64,000 nucleotides of DNA from the human T2T-CHM13v2.0 reference genome, Homo sapiens: the NCBI RefSeq assembly GCF_009914755.1, contig NC_060942.1. One strand, 5' to 3'. The notes under the pieces are model-generated. The model did no database searches and had not been told where the DNA came from. It worked only from the letters and a program-made list of their open reading frames with translations. Below, piece by piece: positions 16,601 through 30,151 of the stretch (its first letter is position 1; each line of letters opens with the position of its first letter). A program made the translations under genes and the position numbers.

Positions 16601-17052
16601 AAACATATGACAACCAGAAAAAACCCACTTCATATATATGTAATACACACACACACATGAATTTCATGTCAAGGATGAGGAACAGTAATTGTAAGGAGAA
16701 TGGACTTGGATGACTGTAGCTGAAAGTAACCTGTGGGAAAAGACAATGAAAGTCTGAGGCTCAAGGTGTAAGTCCAGGGGTTTTGTTAGCAACATTTGAG
16801 AACAGAAAAGGCTCAGGCCCAGGACTTAATCACAAGAGCAGCAGAAGTGGAGAAAATGTTGGATTCTCAGCTCGGAAGGTCTTCCAGATGAAAGTCAGAA
16901 CACTGAGTGATTAGAAGTGGCAGCATGAAATAAGAGCTGCAGCACGAGTTAATGCACCTGAAAATGTGAATTCGCCGATTTCTATGAGCCTCTAGGCCTG
17001 CAGAATTAGCCAACTGCTTTGGATTTAAGGAGAATGCCACCCCTCCTACCCC

Positions 17053-17792
17053 TATTTCTTGAAGAAAATGACTTTCTTGCCGGTAAATATATGACCCTTA
17101 AGGGCAAACACATATTAAAAATAAGAGGCTTAATTCTGGCTGTTAAAATAAGGGAAAAGACTCCCCCACCCCCTTTTTTTAGAGCTTTGACTTTAGAACA
17201 TGTGTTAAGTTTTCTCTTTGAAATATATGTAAATCTTTTAAAAAGCTAAATAAGCCTCTTGCCCACTTTATAACCCAGGAATGTCTTTTTTAAGAACCTG
17301 GGAATCAACCCTTTGAAATGTGACCATGAGGGAAGACAGCAGCCCTAGCACCCAGTTTCTAAAGAAGGTAGGAAACCTAACTTCATGGCACCTTGCTCCA
17401 AGTTGCAAAACTACAATACCTCTAGTCAGAAAGATGTGAGACATTTATGTTTCCTTTGGACAAAGTCAATTAGCAAACACAGATGGCCACCCTAATTACC
17501 AGATAAGCTTAGGATGAACGACATGTGACAAATGGTAGTGCCAAGTCCTTTTACTTGAGGGCTAATTATTATATATCTTGAAAACTTGAGCGTAATGTGT
17601 TGTGTTTGCCTGCTATATCAAAGGGTGAGATGTCTTTCTGGTTTTGCAATCTCTTAGCAGATTTCCTGTAATGCGCATCACATTATGGTTTAATGATTAT
17701 TCAATAATGAAACTGTTTTCTTTCTTTTCTACTTCTATGGAGAGGTTTTCTACGTTCAAAGGAAATTGTGTTTTAATTATATTTCCCCAACA
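17053..17792 (+). mobile_element. ERV1 solo LTR (MER67-like)
   Basis: 3' part gcaatctcttagcagat...gatgcgcatcacatt...aaactgttttctttctt..tac.t.t.tggagaggtttt...attatatttccccaaca resembles recalled MER67; 5' boundary approximate. Confidence 0.6.
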
Positions 17793-17829
17793 ACCCCATC
17801 TCCAGGTCAGCCCTTCTCTTCCGGCCACC

Positions 17830-19250
17830 AGATCAATAACTGACAAGAGAACTGCTGGGTGTCCTGAGGAGTAGTTGGGGCCACAGGCCAAAGGAGCCAC
17901 AGGACAAGGCTAACATGAACCCCAGGAACTGTGTGCAGCTGGAATGAATCCGATGGTGGTGGATCAATAGAAGAAGAGCATAGAGATGGATATGAGAATT
18001 CTCAATCTGGGAACACTCCCAGAAGATAGGATTTAATCCCCTAGTAGGAGTCCCAGGAGGCCATTCTAATATTACCACTGGGTAACTTTGAAGCTTAGAA
18101 AAAGTGATGCTTCATATCAACTGTAGTTAAAATAGAACAACAATGGCATACTCTACAGGATGACTGCAAATGATTTATAAAAGAGGATTTGCTAAATTGG
18201 TTCTATATCTGAGATCCAGTACCCCTGCCTACTCTGCTTCTCAGGAGGACCTGCCTGAAACTCTACATATCAAAGAAATAAGGAAGGCTGATCTCAGTTT
18301 ATCAGAACAATAAGGAATGTCTATCTTACCAGTATCATTATCAAGTGATAGCTATCTTCTATAGACCTGGGATGATGGCAGGAGAGGCTCTTACAGAAAT
18401 GTGCTCCCTGATAGCAATGGGAATAATAGAAACCTCGAATAAGAAAGGCAAGGCAGAGGACCTTCATGGGGGCAGTTATCATAATGAGCAGCCAAAATGG
18501 TACCTGAGCATGGGAGTTATGTGAATAGTTAACAGAAGATGACTTTCCCAGGAGCAAGATGTATGGGCATCAGATAAGAATACTGTTCTATCTATACAAT
18601 CAAACTAATTCAAGAATGGGTGATTAGGAGTTGAGAGCAGTCATCCCCAAGAAAGATCACAAACTTTTGGCTAGTTTTAGGACATAAGACAGTTTTCATG
18701 GAGCCCATTTCTTGGAAAGAGAAGCTGGATTGCAAGCAGGTTGGACCCTGAAACACCACGGTAAATGAATAAGGCAATAATTCCCCAAGCTCATCCCCAA
18801 AAGACCTATGGCTATTTACTCAGCAACTATGTATTCTGAACAAGGGGAATACTTATACATTACTCATACAATACTCATACATTGATAACTAGAAACACAA
18901 AGCATCATCACATCCCTCTCTGAAAGAGTGCAGGTTATATGAGGGCCACGTTATAGAATTCTGGCCCAGGACCAACTCACATTGGGTCCTCTGGGGCCAT
19001 GGACTCTACTAGTGGACTGAAAATAATTAGTAGTTGGCAGAACCTTCAGGGTCCTTGGTTTGGTGGGCTAAGAATTCTCACAGGAGGAAAGACCAGTTGA
19101 AAGCCTCTGAAATCACCTTTACCCCTGCAGTCAAGATAGCAGATCAAACATTAATGTTGCATTGTAGAGTCTAGGGTAAAGATTAGAACCAGCGTTTGGA
19201 CCTAAAGGTTACTGGAGTGGTGGTGCCATTTTATCTCCATTTAATTCATT
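17830..19250 (+). mobile_element. Decayed ERVL-class internal sequence (gag/pro/pol start)
   Basis: ERVL-like motifs ccccaaaagacctatggctatttactcag, ctggcccaggaccaactcacattgggtcc, ggaaagaccagttgaaagcc, ggagtggtggtgcc...tccatttaattc; no open frame left. Confidence 0.65.
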
Positions 19251-19259
19251 GAGCTAGAT

Positions 19260-19481
19260 CAGAGATTGGCAAACTTTTTCTGTAAAGAGATAGATAGTAA
19301 ATACTTTAGGTTTTGTGGGACATTCAGTCTCTGTCCCAAACATTCAACTCGGCCTTTGTAGCACAAGCAGCCATAGACAATACCTAAATAAATTAGTGTA
19401 GCTGAGTTTCAATAAAACTTTATTTACAAAATCAGGCAGAGGGACAGATTTAGCCTAGAGACTATAGTTTGCTGACTCATG
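19260..19481 (+). mobile_element. MER58A hAT-Charlie MITE
   Basis: cagagattggcaaactttttctgtaaag...gcagccatagacaata...caataaaactttatttacaaaa...tagtttgctgac. Confidence 0.88.
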
Positions 19482-19627
19482 ATACAGACAATATTTAAAA
19501 ATAATAGCTCATATTTATTGAGAATTTATTATATTTCAGGCATGATCAAGTTTATAAAATATTTATTAAGCTATGTCTTACTGTAGCCCTATAATTTATT
19601 ATTATCTTCATTTAAAAAATATAGCCC

Positions 19628-19888
19628 TTTTGGGAGGCTGAGGCAGGCAGATCACGAGGTCAGGAGATTGAGACCATCCTGGCTAACACGGTGAAATCCT
19701 GTCTCCACCAAAAAATACAAAAAATTAGCCAGGCGTGGTGGCAGGCGCCTGTAGTTCCAGCTACTCAGGAGGCTGAGGCAGGAGAATGGCATGAACCTGG
19801 AGGGCGGAGCTTGCAGTGAACCAAGATAGAGCCACTGCACTCCAGAGTGGGTGACAGAGCGAGACTCCATCTCAAAAAAAAAAAAAAA
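19628..19888 (+). mobile_element. AluY, 5'-truncated
   Basis: gatcacgaggtcaggagat.gagaccatcctggctaacacggtg and ggcggagcttgcagtg; flanking atagcccttt duplicated. Confidence 0.95.
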
Positions 19889-20269
19889 ATAGCCCTTTTT
19901 GTTATGCATAAAATAGCAAAAAAATTTTGATCTTCAATAAGGAAAGAAAGCAAACCAATAGAGAAATGGGCAAATGATATTACTGGCTGATTCACAGAAG
20001 ACAAAATTCCAATAGTGCTTAAACAGGTAAAAATATACCCAATGAGATATTGCTTCATCCCTATGAGTATCACAAGAATGATAGATTATATTCCTATTTA
20101 AAATATACACTTTTCATCCCTGAAAGAGGAGCCTACTTCTCTACCGCATTGATATTGGGCTTGGTATGTCACTTAAAATTGTATGTGACTTAAAAATTAT
20201 ATCAAGGAGTGTTTCTCCTGATATCAAGCTTGGCTATATGGCTTGTGGGCCCAAGCCTCTCTTCGGCCT

Positions 20270-20395
20270 TCCTTTCCTAATGTAATGTTGACAATGATCG
20301 TGTTTTTAGAAACAAGTTTGTTTTGAAGATTAAATGAATGAGTACCTGTAGAATACACAGAATCGTGCTTAGTGCTTGGCAGACAGTCAATGCTA
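20270..20395 (+). mobile_element. MIR relic
   Basis: ttttgaagattaaatgaa...agaatcgtgcttagtgcttggcagacagtcaatgct. Confidence 0.5.
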
Positions 20396-21948
20396 TCTTC
20401 TCCATGATTCATTGTACTTTGGGAAATCAGTGCTAGCTTTGCTGTAAAGCTGATTTGGGCTTATAGTGTTGGCAGCAACTGATAAAACTTTGTTGCTTTT
20501 CTTTATTCTTGAACCTTCCCCTGCTGTTATTTGCATCAGGATATTCGTTTTGAATATGAGATCCCAGAGGAGGAAAGAATCACTTGGCAAACTCAAAGAA
20601 AGTTCCATTAGCATTTTCATCAAGTTTGGCATATGGCACCTCAGACAGCACAGGAAGGGGAGATGCTAAGGGCCAGTAGACTGGAAAGAGATTCCCTACT
20701 AAGTAGAATGTCTATTCAAAAGAAAAAGTAAAAGAAGAGATATGATTGTCCACAGGAAAGAATAAAAGAAATCTGAAAGTCACACTAATTTTATCTAATC
20801 TTTGAATCCTCATGTAGAAAGTATTCATTCCTTGTGATACCCAGTGAAGTTTGGTATTGTAGTCACTGTGATATTTACATATGAAAAGCGTCTAGTTAAT
20901 TATATTCTGACTGTTCCACCTGTGCGAAAAAGATAAAACAAAGAAGGGTCAGGAAGAACACGACATTCAAAAGCCATCTGAAGGAGCTCAGTCTCTACAG
21001 AAAGAATGAGGAATGATAAAATTGAAGTGTCTCGTTATTTATAATATCACAGAGCATTAGGACTTAAAGTGACTTTAGCATTCAGTTTAGTTCAACAGCA
21101 TTTTTGACACTGCTAATGTGTGCCAGGCTCAGCTGGTTACTGGAGATGGAAAGGAGAATGATGGTGAATGTGGCTGCCTTGGGGAACCACAACCTTCCCA
21201 GAGTAGTCAGGACACATAAACACAGTTTCATGAGAAAGAGACATGCCTATATATAAAAGTAAATTTTAAAAATATATACACAAAGGAGGAAGTGATTCAG
21301 TCTACCTTTTCGAGTCAGAGAGAAAACTCCAGAAGAGAGTAAATCCCCATTATTAAAAGTTCAAAAGAAGTGAATAATCTAAGGTTAGGTAGTTAATTCA
21401 TGTCAGTAGTGGAATTTGAACTACAGACTAACTCTTTGTTTTATAGAAATTTGAAGGGTTTTTTTTTTTATCTTTTTAAATAGTTGTGTTCATTCTAGTG
21501 CCGTATCATTCAAAATGTAAATGAGAAATATTATCATTTTAAAAAAGACCATTAGATCTGAATTTTCATTAGAATAGGGAATTACTCTGTCAATGTAAGG
21601 ATTAGAATGTTGCTATCAAATTCAAAACTGGGGAAATTTAGACTATATTAGCAGGATTAAATTTCCAACATAGAAAATGTGTAGTGCAGAATATTCAGTA
21701 TCTCACACATATTCAAATATCCTCATCCTTCAGAAAAATGCCAGAATTCAAATACATTATCTCCTCAAAAGAACACACACACAAAATTAACATGTGAATT
21801 CCTTTAAGCACATAGAGCATATTTAAACTATTTTTTAATGTATGTAATTATTTGATAATACTCACTACTCCGGCAGTGCTTGGGACTTGGCCATCTTGTC
21901 CATTGCTGTATTCCTAACTTCTAACAACAACAACAAACAAAAATCTGG

Positions 21949-22868
21949 TGTAATAGGGTTCTCCAGAGAAAAAGAAACAATAGGATGAATATTGTATTAG
22001 TCTGTTCTCACACTGCTAATAAAGACTTACCTGAGACTGGGTAATTTATAAAGAAAAGGAGGTTTAACAGACTCACAGTTCCACATGGCTGGAGAGGCCT
22101 CACGATCATGGTGGAAGATGAAGGAAGAACAAAGTCATGTCTTACATGTGGCAGACCAGAGAGCTTCTGCAGGGGAACTCTCGTTTATAAAACCATCAGA
22201 TCTCCTGAGACTTATTCGCTATCACGAGGACAGTACGGGGGAAACTGCCCCCATGATTCAGCTATCTCCACCTGGCCCTGCCCTTGACACATGGGGATTA
22301 TTACAATTCAAAGTAAGATTGGGTGGGGACACAGGAAAACCACATCAAATATATTATATGGAAAGATTTTTATTATAAGGGATTGGCTCACACAATTATG
22401 AAGGCTGAGAAGTCCTATTATCTAAGGCTGACCAATGACAGCAATGATGTGCAGGACAGCCAATAACATAGTTTCAATCTGAGTCTGAAGGCTGAAGAAC
22501 CAGGAGAGCTAATGTTATTGTTCCAGTCCAAAAACAAACAGGTTCAAAACTCAAGAAGAGCTAAAGCTTTGTTCAAGGTCAAAAGCAGGAAACAGAAACA
22601 ACAACAAAATGATGTGTCAGTTCAAGGCATTCAAGTGGGAGAAATCCCCTCTTACTCTCAGGAATCAGCCTTTTGTTTTTATTTAGACCTTCAGCTGGTG
22701 AGATGAAATGCACCCACACTGGGGAGGGCAATCTGGTTTACTCAGTCTGCCCATTCAAATGCTAATCTGTTTCAGAAACACCTTCTCAGACACACTGAGG
22801 GTAATGCTTCACCAAATGTTGAAGTACCCTAGAGCCCAGTCAAGTTGACACATAAATTAATCATCACA
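21949..22868 (-). mobile_element. MLT2 (ERVL) LTR, host of a THE1D
   Basis: tgtaatagggttctccagagaa start, caagttgacacataaattaatcatcaca end; near-TSD tctgg/tatgg. Confidence 0.85.
21993..22347 (-). mobile_element. THE1D-like solo LTR nested in MLT2
   Basis: tgtattagtctgttctcacactgct...gggtggggacacag..aaccacatca; perfect TSD AATAT at 21988-21992 and 22348-22352. Confidence 0.93.
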
Positions 22869-23359
22869 TATGGTAAATAATAAGACCCAATCTATAATGT
22901 GTCTATGAATGAAGAAAGCTATGAAAAGTGGTAAGTCAAGAAAATGTGTAAAATATAGACTTGAATTTAGGTGCTGAATTAGAAAATTGTAATTTCTTCA
23001 TAATGGAAGAAAAAGGATCTCTAATCAAAGGAAGCTAATGAAAAATACTAATTGAACTTTGATAGCCTGTGCTTTTTGATTCTTCCTATTGATGATGAAG
23101 GGACTTGGGAGTTTGACTTTTCCTCTCTGGGCACATGAGTTACACAGCCTTTCCATTTGGTCTTCTTCTATTCCAGGCAGCATGAGGTATCAAACTTACA
23201 CTGAAGAACTGAACACAACCAGAACATAATTTACCAGTCTCTTCACATACAACTGGCTGCCTTCCTCAGTAACACGTCAGGGAACATTGTAATTACAACT
23301 GCTTTCAATTTATTTCCACTTGAGAGCCTTGCCTCCCTTGGGATTCTACAATCACCTAG

Positions 23360-23758
<399 letters not shown>

Positions 23759-24068
23759 GTGATCCTGTTTTAACTAAAAGCTCTGTTTACTCCTTCCCGT
23801 TCCTGGTTACTGTTTCTTCTTTTTCCAACATTATGTGACTAATTCCTATCTCTGTGTCACATTTTCTACTCATACTCTTGAACCTATTTCATTTTACCTG
23901 AAAGATCAAAAGATGCAATTTTCTATGTAACTTTTGGGGTTGTTGTAAATGATAAATGAAATAATGACTTGTAAGGATTTATTATCTCCCAGTTATGCTG
24001 TTAGCAGTATTTTCAAATATATATATGTTATATATATATATATGCAGCTTTTAAAATAAAAATAACAT

Positions 24069-24282
24069 GCAGGACGTGGTGGGTCATGCTTGTAATTCCA
24101 ACACTTTGAGAGGCCAAGACGGGCGGATCACCTGAGGTGAGGAGTTCGCGACCAGCCTGACCTGCATGGTGAAACCCTGTCTCTACTAAAAATACAAAAA
24201 TTAGCCGGTCATGGTGGTGGGCGCCTGTAGTCCGAGATACTCGGGAGGCTGAGGCTGGAGAATCACTTAAACCCGGGAGGAG
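24069..24282 (+). mobile_element. AluS truncated at its 3' end
   Basis: Left arm and linker present; right arm stops at acccgggagg with no tail. Confidence 0.9.
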
Positions 24283-24306
24283 TTTATGATTAAACTGGCC
24301 ACCTTT

Positions 24307-24604
24307 GGCCTGGTGCAGTGGTTCACACCTGTAATCCCAGCACTCTGGGAGGCCAAGGCAGGTGGATCACCTGAAGTCAGGAGTTCAAGACCAGCGTGGC
24401 CAACATGATTATACCCTGTGTCTACTAAAAATACAAACATCAGCCAGGATGGTGGCGTTCACCTATAATCCCAGCTACCCAGGTGGCTAAGGCAGGACAA
24501 TCATGAAGCAGGAGGGGGAGGTTGCAGTGAGCCAAGATCGCACCACGGCACTCCAGTCTGGGTGACAGGGTGAGACTCCATCTCAAAAAAAAAAAAAAAA
24601 AAAA
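24307..24604 (+). mobile_element. AluSx-like
   Basis: Full dimer with A-tail. Confidence 0.95.
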
Positions 24605-24999
24605 TTAAGCACCTTAATGAGTGCCTGGTTTCTCACCTCCTTGAGACTTTCTACAAAGCTATAAAAATGTGTTTCTGTTTGTGGGGAGAAGAGAGGAGGA
24701 AATGTTCATTCATTGACTCCTGCACCCCAGTTGTTAAAGTTTTAAGCCCATGGAGCATTAACTGCCCTATTCTTTGAGGTCGGGGTGCCTGGGTATGGAG
24801 CATGCTCCAGTGCCATCCCATACTTTGATCTGAGCAGTGAAGCGCTGAGCTGGGAGAAAAATAAGCAACTATTCTTTCCCTAAGAGAATAGTTCTGTTGT
24901 GAAATAATCTCATTGCTTTGTCACACCTCTGGTGCCCTATAACAGTTTTCCCATATCATTCTACATGGCACTTTCTCATTTCACTGCCTTTGCAGAATG

Positions 25000-25240
25000 C
25001 TAAAGGGCAGTGTTGCACAATGATTAAGAGCACACACTCAGGAGTTAAGAGTGCCAGAGTTCGAACCTCAGCCTTGACTTTTCAACATTATATACCAGCA
25101 GTGTCATTGCTCCTTAGTTCCCAACCTTAAATAATAAGAGATAATAAAAGTACCCTACCCTAAAGCCTTTTTATGAGGCTTAAAGAAGTAAAATGCATAG
25201 AAGAGTGCTTATCACATAGTCAGCTTTATATATCTGCAAT
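25000..25240 (+). mobile_element. MIR
   Basis: tgattaagagcac..actc.ggagt...gttcgaacc.cag...ataataaaagtaccc...tgaggcttaaag. Confidence 0.65.
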
Positions 25241-25509
25241 TATTTTGTTTTAAATTTTTGCTTCCTCAGATATTCAAAATTTACCATAAACACAATCTAT
25301 ATTGAGATGTTTCTTCTTCCTAACATGAGCTACAAAATGCTGACTGTTGTTTTAATTATTTACCCTGATCAGGTGTCTTTCTGTTTACTTGACCCTGTAG
25401 TATCCTTGAATTTGAATATTTCATTTTTTATTCCCTCTGCCGCAAACATTTCACTTGGAATATGATAATAGAGGAAACTTTAAACTTCGTTACTTAGAAA
25501 AATACATGC

Positions 25510-25576
25510 TTTCTCTCTCCTGTCTCTGTCTCTCTCCATCTCTGTGTTTTTATGTGTGTCTCTTTTTCTCTCCATA

Positions 25577-25622
<46 letters not shown>
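25510..25622. repeat. Compound (CT)n/(CA)n microsatellite
   Basis: Seen directly. Confidence 0.95.
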
Positions 25623-25626
<4 letters not shown>

Positions 25627-26136
25627 GATCTTAAGGAAACAGGTTCAAATTCAAGTTGACATGAGAAAAGTAGAGGGAAGGAACTTTGAATAAAACATGA
25701 GACTGAAATTTCTAACTAGACTGGACTAATATTTAATAAACCAAAGTGACTGGAATGTTTTTAAATCCACCCTATGATTATGTGGACTAATGGGGAAAAG
25801 ATGCATCATCTCTGGAACATAACTGAGTTATTTAAAAAAATAAAATCTTCATATGTCTGTTTATACTCCCAATGAACTGAGACACCTCAACAAACTTATA
25901 ACTCATAAATACTTGCAACTAAAGTTTTAAGTTTTAATTACCATATTATCTGCATCTATAATATATGGTTGAATATAATAGGGAACTGAATATTATGATC
26001 TACTCTTTTCCCAATGAGAAGCTTTCTTGATCAATTTGAATGGATTAAATTCTAGGGATGTGGTTGAAATATAATTCCACTTTATAGTGGTTACTTCATA
26101 ATAGTAGCAATATGTACCTACAAGGCAAAATAATAC

Positions 26137-26240
26137 ATCAGTTCCCAACTTACAATGGTTTGACTTATAATTTTCCAATTTTACTATGGTACAGAAGTGA
26201 TATGCATTTGGTACGCTCTTCAACTTACAATGGGGTTTGA
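26137..26240 (+). mobile_element. TcMar-Tigger (Tigger3/MER7-like) terminal fragment
   Basis: cccaacttacaatggtttgacttataatttt...gctcttcaacttacaatggggtt. Confidence 0.65.
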
Positions 26241-26589
26241 GACAATCTACTTGTCGGTCGCTGGGGGAAAAGACTAAGTGAGAGGGGTGGATGCACAGTT
26301 TGTAATATACCATGGAAAAGTTAGAAACAAAGGATTAGATGAACCCAGCGATTTGGCCAGGTCTTAAAATGATATTAATACAATCCTAATTGAAAACAGT
26401 AAGAAACATAATGAGGTCTTTATCACAATCTTATATTTTCATTACAAATACATGCACACCCATCCACATTTTTTTAATGAGGAAAACTTTAAAACACATC
26501 TAAGGACTAAAAGAAATGTGAACAAATGAAAATATATGTCTTGCACTTAGATTGGAAAGCTCAAATTACAAAGAAATATTGAATCCAGT

Positions 26590-27350
26590 TGATGTACGAT
26601 GAATAATGTTGTGGTAGTAACTCTGAAATTATATTTTTATATTGTATTGTTGAACAAATACAAAAATAGATTGCTTTCCCTGAGCCCAGGAATTCGTGAC
26701 TGCAGTGAGCAATTATCATGCCACTGTACTCCAGCCTGAGTGACAGGTTGAGATCTCAACTGTAACTATATATATATACATATATATATGTGTGTGTGTA
26801 TATACACACATATACATATGTATGTATATGTATATATATATATAGGTTTTGTTGGGGAAGAAAGGAGATACAACTATGGAAGGAAAGAACTAGTACTGAA
26901 TTTTATTTACAGATATTAGTATGAACTCATATTTTCTAAAATGTGTGTATATCTCAGTTCTGGTCACAGAAACACTCCAGGGGCAATAAAGTCCCAGTGA
27001 CCACAAACAAACCCAGCAGCCAGATCTAAGCACTTATGCACATTCCTCACCCAAAATAACCAGGGATCCTTGGATAAATGACTGATTTCAGGTCTGGGTC
27101 AAAGAGAGTACAAGTGAATACATGAAAGTACAATTTGTTGAAACAGAAACCTAGAGAGTGCCTAAAAAGATAAGACGGTCATGCCAAAACACATAAGACT
27201 CAGCCCGAGGGGATTCCACATGCCAAATTTAGATTACTTTGAATATCAGAAAAGAAAAATGATAGTGAGGGATTGTGATACATTGGATTAAAAAGAAATC
27301 AGTGGATCAAAAGATGAGGGAGTAGTAAAAGGGTAAGCTCTTTTTACAGA
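26590..27350 (+). mobile_element. L1MC-type 3' UTR relic containing an Alu right-arm fragment (26680-26760) and a (TA)/(TG) repeat
   Basis: L1MC-like motifs (aaccagggatccttgga.aaatg.ctgatt.cagg.ctggg); gagcccaggaattc...cagcctgagtgaca followed by a microsatellite. Confidence 0.55.
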
Positions 27351-28279
27351 TTAAGGTAAGCAATAAAGTATTTGTAGCTTTATAAATTTTACAAATAAAA
27401 CAAATTTTTAAAAATAAACACAAAAGGCCATCAGATTTTTCAAGGACACATGCAAATAACAAGGACCCAGATCAAATATTTTATAATGGTTGTTTATAAT
27501 GGGACAAGGGAAATATTAGTAGGGAGGGGGGATAAAAGAGAATAAATAAATGAAACAGGAAAGAAAGAACATATTTTACTGTAATTTGAAATGACAATAA
27601 CATGAATATTTCATTTTGCTAGTGGAGAACAAAAACAAAAATAACTAAAGAAAAAAACAGAATCATATTTTAAGATCAACCAATTCCCTAAAATTTTTTG
27701 TTTCTCTTTAACTCTTTCTTATTTAGCCCTTAAATCTAAAGCTGGTTTATCATTTTTATACAGAAAATATCATAGGATAATATTTTCTTTTGTGTTGGCC
27801 AAGAATGTAATACTTATGTATTCAGATCCATAATTGCATAGTGAATGCTCCTTGCATTTTTATTAATTATCACACAAAATTTTAACAAGAGAGTATAAGT
27901 TGGAATGATCTGAAGGGAGAAAGATTTTTATCAATTGATATCATTATATTAAAAAACTAATTTACTCACAGAGAGTTTTGAAATCTTGTTATTTTATCCA
28001 ACTTTTCAAATTATACACTTCTTTCCAGAATAAATATAACAGCTGATGTAGTAATCAAGTACATATTTGCATATAAAAAGCATCTACTTAATTATATTTT
28101 GACTGTCACACCTGTCCTAAATAGAAAACTGAAAACATCAAAATTAAATGACTCCAGACCGTCAAAGCAAGAGGTAGATTAGAAGGAATTCCAGACATCA
28201 ATATTAAGGAAAGTTCCGGTAAGACATACTGTTAGCATTCTGAATTCGCATCTCAATAGAATCACACTTTTTTTTAATG

Positions 28280-30150
28280 CAAAACAGAAGGATAAGATCC
28301 AACCATCTGTTGTCTACAAAAGACCTACCTAACAGGAAAAGATACCATGCACACAGAAAACAGAAATGAACCCAAGTAGCTATATTTATATCAGAGTAAA
28401 AAACTTTAAATCATCAACAATAAAAAAGACAAAGAAGGTCATTATGTAATGATAAAGCAGTCAGTTAAACAAGAAGACATAACTATCCTAAATATATATG
28501 CACCAAACACTGGAGCACCTAGATTCATAAAACAATTCTGCTAGACTTATGAAAAGAGACAGAATACAATAATAGTAGACTTCAATACCCTGCTGACATT
28601 GCTAGCAGATCATTAAGACAGAAAATCAGCAAAGAATCAACTGGAATTCAGCTGGACTCCAGACCAAATGAACCTAATAGACGTTTACAAGAAATTATTC
28701 TAGCCCAAAATCACAAAATATACATTTTTTCTCATCTGCTCATGGGACATTCTCCAAAATAGACCATATGCTTCGCCATAAAGCAAGTCTCGACAATTTC
28801 AAAAAAAAATCCAGATCATATCAAATATCTTCTTGGACCACAGTGGAATAAAATTAGAAATTAACACAGGCAGGACATGGTGGTTTACGCCTGTAATACC
28901 AGCACGTTGGGAGGCCAAGGCAGGCAGATCGCTTGAGCACAGGAGTTTGAGACAAGCCTGGGCAACACAGCAAAACCTCATTTATACAAAAAAAAAAAAA
29001 AAAAATTAGCCAGGTATGATGGCAAGTGCCTGCAGTCCTAGCTACTCAGGAGTCTGAGGTGAGAGGTTCCCTTGAGCCCAGGAGGGAGAGTTTGCAGTGA
29101 GCCAAGATCATGACACTGCACTCCAGCCTGGGCAACAGAGAAAGACCCTGTCTCAAAAAAAAAAAAAAAAGAAAGAAAAAAAAAGGAAAGAAAAAGAAAA
29201 AAGACATTATTAATGCAGAGGAATTATCAAAAGTAAACATATACTTGGAAACTAAATGACTTATTCTTGAATGATCTTTGGATAATCAATGAAATTAGGA
29301 TAGAAATTTTAAAAAAATTTAAAATGAATGAAAATAGAGACATGATATACCAAAACCTCTGGGATATGTAGCAAAAGTAGCGCTAAGAGGAAATTTTATA
29401 ACATTAAATCCCTACATCAAAAAGATATAAAAATATTAGATCAACAACTTAATATTCCACCTCAAGGAACTAGAAGAACAAAAATAAACCAAACCCAAAC
29501 TTTGCAGAAGAAAAGACGTTAAAAAAAATCAGAGCAGAACTAAATGAGATTGAGACCCCCAAAATAATACAATGATCAATGAAGTGAAAAACTGTTTGAA
29601 AAGATAAATAAAATTGATAGACCACTAGCTAAATTAAAGGGAAAAAAGCAAGAAGATTTAGATAAGCACAATCAGAAATTATAAAAGTGATTTTACAACT
29701 ATTACCACAAAAATACAAAAAGATCATCAGAGATTAATAGGAACATCTGTGCACAGACGAGAAAACCTAGAGGAAATGAATAAATCTGGGGAGGTTGTAC
29801 ATTTCTAGAAACCTATCCATTTCATCTAGGAAGAAATAGAGCCAGGAAGGAATAGAAACCGTGAACAGACCAATAATGAGTATTGAAATCAAATTAGTAA
29901 TTAAAAATCTCCCAAAAACAGAAAAGGAAAGTACCAGATGGATTAACAGCCAGATTTACCAGATGTACAAAGAAGAGCTAATACCAATATTGCTAAAACT
30001 ATTCCAAAATATTGAGGAGGAGAGATTCCTCCCTAACTCATTCTATGAAGCCATTAACACCTTGATTCCAAAATCAGCAAAGACACAACAACAACAACAA
30101 ACTATAGGCCAATATCCCTAATGAACATAGATACAAAAATCTTCAACCCA
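28280..30150 (+). mobile_element. Older L1 (L1PB-like) ORF2 region, endonuclease to pre-RT, decayed
   Basis: ORF2 motifs throughout; ORF 29861-30121 reads YQMYKEELIPILLKLFQNIEEE...PNSFYEA...LIPK. Confidence 0.92.
28869..29200 (+). mobile_element. AluJ inserted in L1 ORF2
   Basis: gatcgcttgagc.caggagtttgag and cttgagcccagg AluJ diagnostics; extended tail. Confidence 0.92.
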
Positions 30151-30151
30151 C

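Noticed and set aside
24867-24894. Small inverted repeat aactattct...agaatagtt
   Set aside because: A 9-bp stem in AT-rich DNA is expected by chance.
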